From Squalus acanthias (Eukaryota): 64,000 nucleotides of DNA. The notes under the pieces are model-generated. The model was given only the letters and a program-made list of their open reading frames with translations, had not been told where the DNA came from and made no database searches. The stretch lies in assembly GCA_030390025.1 (NCBI GenBank), contig CM059447.1, positions 27,590,001-27,654,000 on the forward strand. The letters run 5' to 3'. Position 1 is the stretch's first letter, and the number at the start of each line of letters is the position of its first letter. A program made the translations under genes and the position numbers. Shown here in pieces: positions 62,701 through 64,000 of this stretch.

Positions 62701-63901
62701 TTGACTAGTTTTCAGTTTGACCCCAGTGCGTGCTGAAAGTTACCTTGTTATTGGGCAGGTAAAGGCACACTCTGGTCCTTGGAGAACGAGGGATTGCCTA
62801 GGGATTGTCTGAGAAAACTGTCTGAAGTAAAAACCAAAGAATATAACAGATATCTTTAAGAAACTGTAACAACCGTCTTTTTCACTTTCATAATCTCTCA
62901 ATAGTAACACAACAGATTTGAATTAAGGGACAGATGATCCTGTGCATACAATGTACACAGAATTCAAAAATAATTATTGTTCCCGAATCAATTAAGAAAC
63001 CCAGGAAATACATATTTTTGATGTGGAACGATATCACTGCAAAAAATCAAATTAAACCTATACTAGACAACTGGTAGTACTATTTGCCTTTAATTTTTAC
63101 CTAATATATTGTTAGTTTATTATGCAATATATCAATATAAATAAAAATAATTGCTCTCAAAGCCTTTTGGTAAATTGACAGCTAAATATGAAACTTTGGA
63201 ATGTTTTGGATAATAAACAGCGATTTGATTTAAACTTATACAACATTCACTAATTGGAATGTGTTAAAGAAAGTTGGGGTAAGGGATATGTTTTCATCAT
63301 GAATACTTCCAGCTAATTACTGCTTCTCATCAGGAGAGCACCACAGAGCCTAGGATTTCATAAGCACTCTATAACAAAGTGATTCTGACTTCTAACGAGC
63401 ATTATCTGCCGCAGTATAACCAAATGTGACATTTGACTGATTGTCTTTCTGACCTTCCTTTTTCTTCAGAAAATCTTTAACTTGTTTAGGTATATAAAGA
63501 GCAGCATTTGATGTTTCTGATCAAATGGTCCAGTGTCATTAAAGTAGCAATTCCATTTTTGCATTACTGAGAAGCTATCACAGAAACTAATTGCTTTTTT
63601 CTGCAAGATTTAAAACTGAATCTCTGACTGAAACTCAGCTTTTTATGTAAAGATTAATGCAATATTCTTTCTGACAAAATTTTACCCAGCCAACATGTGT
63701 TGTCACCCAATCTATAAAAGCTAAGATTGCTTAAATTATTAGAACTCTCTTGATCAAAGAACGTTAGGGATTATATCATCTGTGCTCAAATGTAGTTTCC
63801 TTCGATTGCAGCACTTACCACTCTAATGGCTCTCATTTCACTCATTGGGGACTAATGGGTACAATTTATTTCAGGCTTTTTCCTCTTATCCTCATTCTCA
63901 G

Positions 63902-63995
63902 GTGTCCTCATGTCAAACACTATTCTCAGATGAAAGAGTGGACGAGCAACCTGCTCCTATACCTCTGTTAATCCTCCCCACCCTCGGAACTGACG
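63902..63995 (+). other. Candidate 94-nt internal exon of an unidentified gene
   Basis: Pyrimidine tract plus CAG acceptor (ttcctcttatcctcattctcag), an open frame VSSCQTLFSDERVDEQPAPIPLLILPTLGTD, and a G|GTAAA donor at the window edge. No homology was recognised. Confidence 0.2.
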
Positions 63996-64000
63996 GTAAA

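Overview
This is vertebrate nuclear DNA with no recognisable intact host gene, so it is probably intronic or intergenic. The repeat content (CR1 and L2 LINEs, Deu-domain SacSINE1-like SINEs, GC-rich Harbinger-type MITEs, Penelope-type hammerhead repeats) points to a cartilaginous fish. That taxonomic call is an inference from remembered repeat families, not a database result. The only long coding region is a near full-length but disabled CR1 LINE (about 50.2-54.47 kb: zinc-finger/SGNH-esterase ORF1, APE endonuclease plus reverse transcriptase ORF2), nested in an older antisense CR1. Decayed Harbinger transposase and Myb/SANT fragments lie at 57.9-60.4 kb. The most interesting signals are: (i) a U_UUA_AAC slippery heptamer at the CR1 ORF1/ORF2 junction, suggesting programmed -1 frameshifting; (ii) a perfect 86-bp-arm foldback containing a minimal hammerhead ribozyme core, plus a second hammerhead-type remnant; (iii) a perfect 139-bp palindrome with a 1-nt spacer, next to two other foldbacks; (iv) a roughly 34-unit minisatellite amplified from one arm of a palindromic MITE; (v) a chimeric SINE joined at the tRNA B-box. 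Most ORFs in the supplied track are spurious or repeat-derived. Repeat boundaries were placed by eye and are approximate unless stated as exact.
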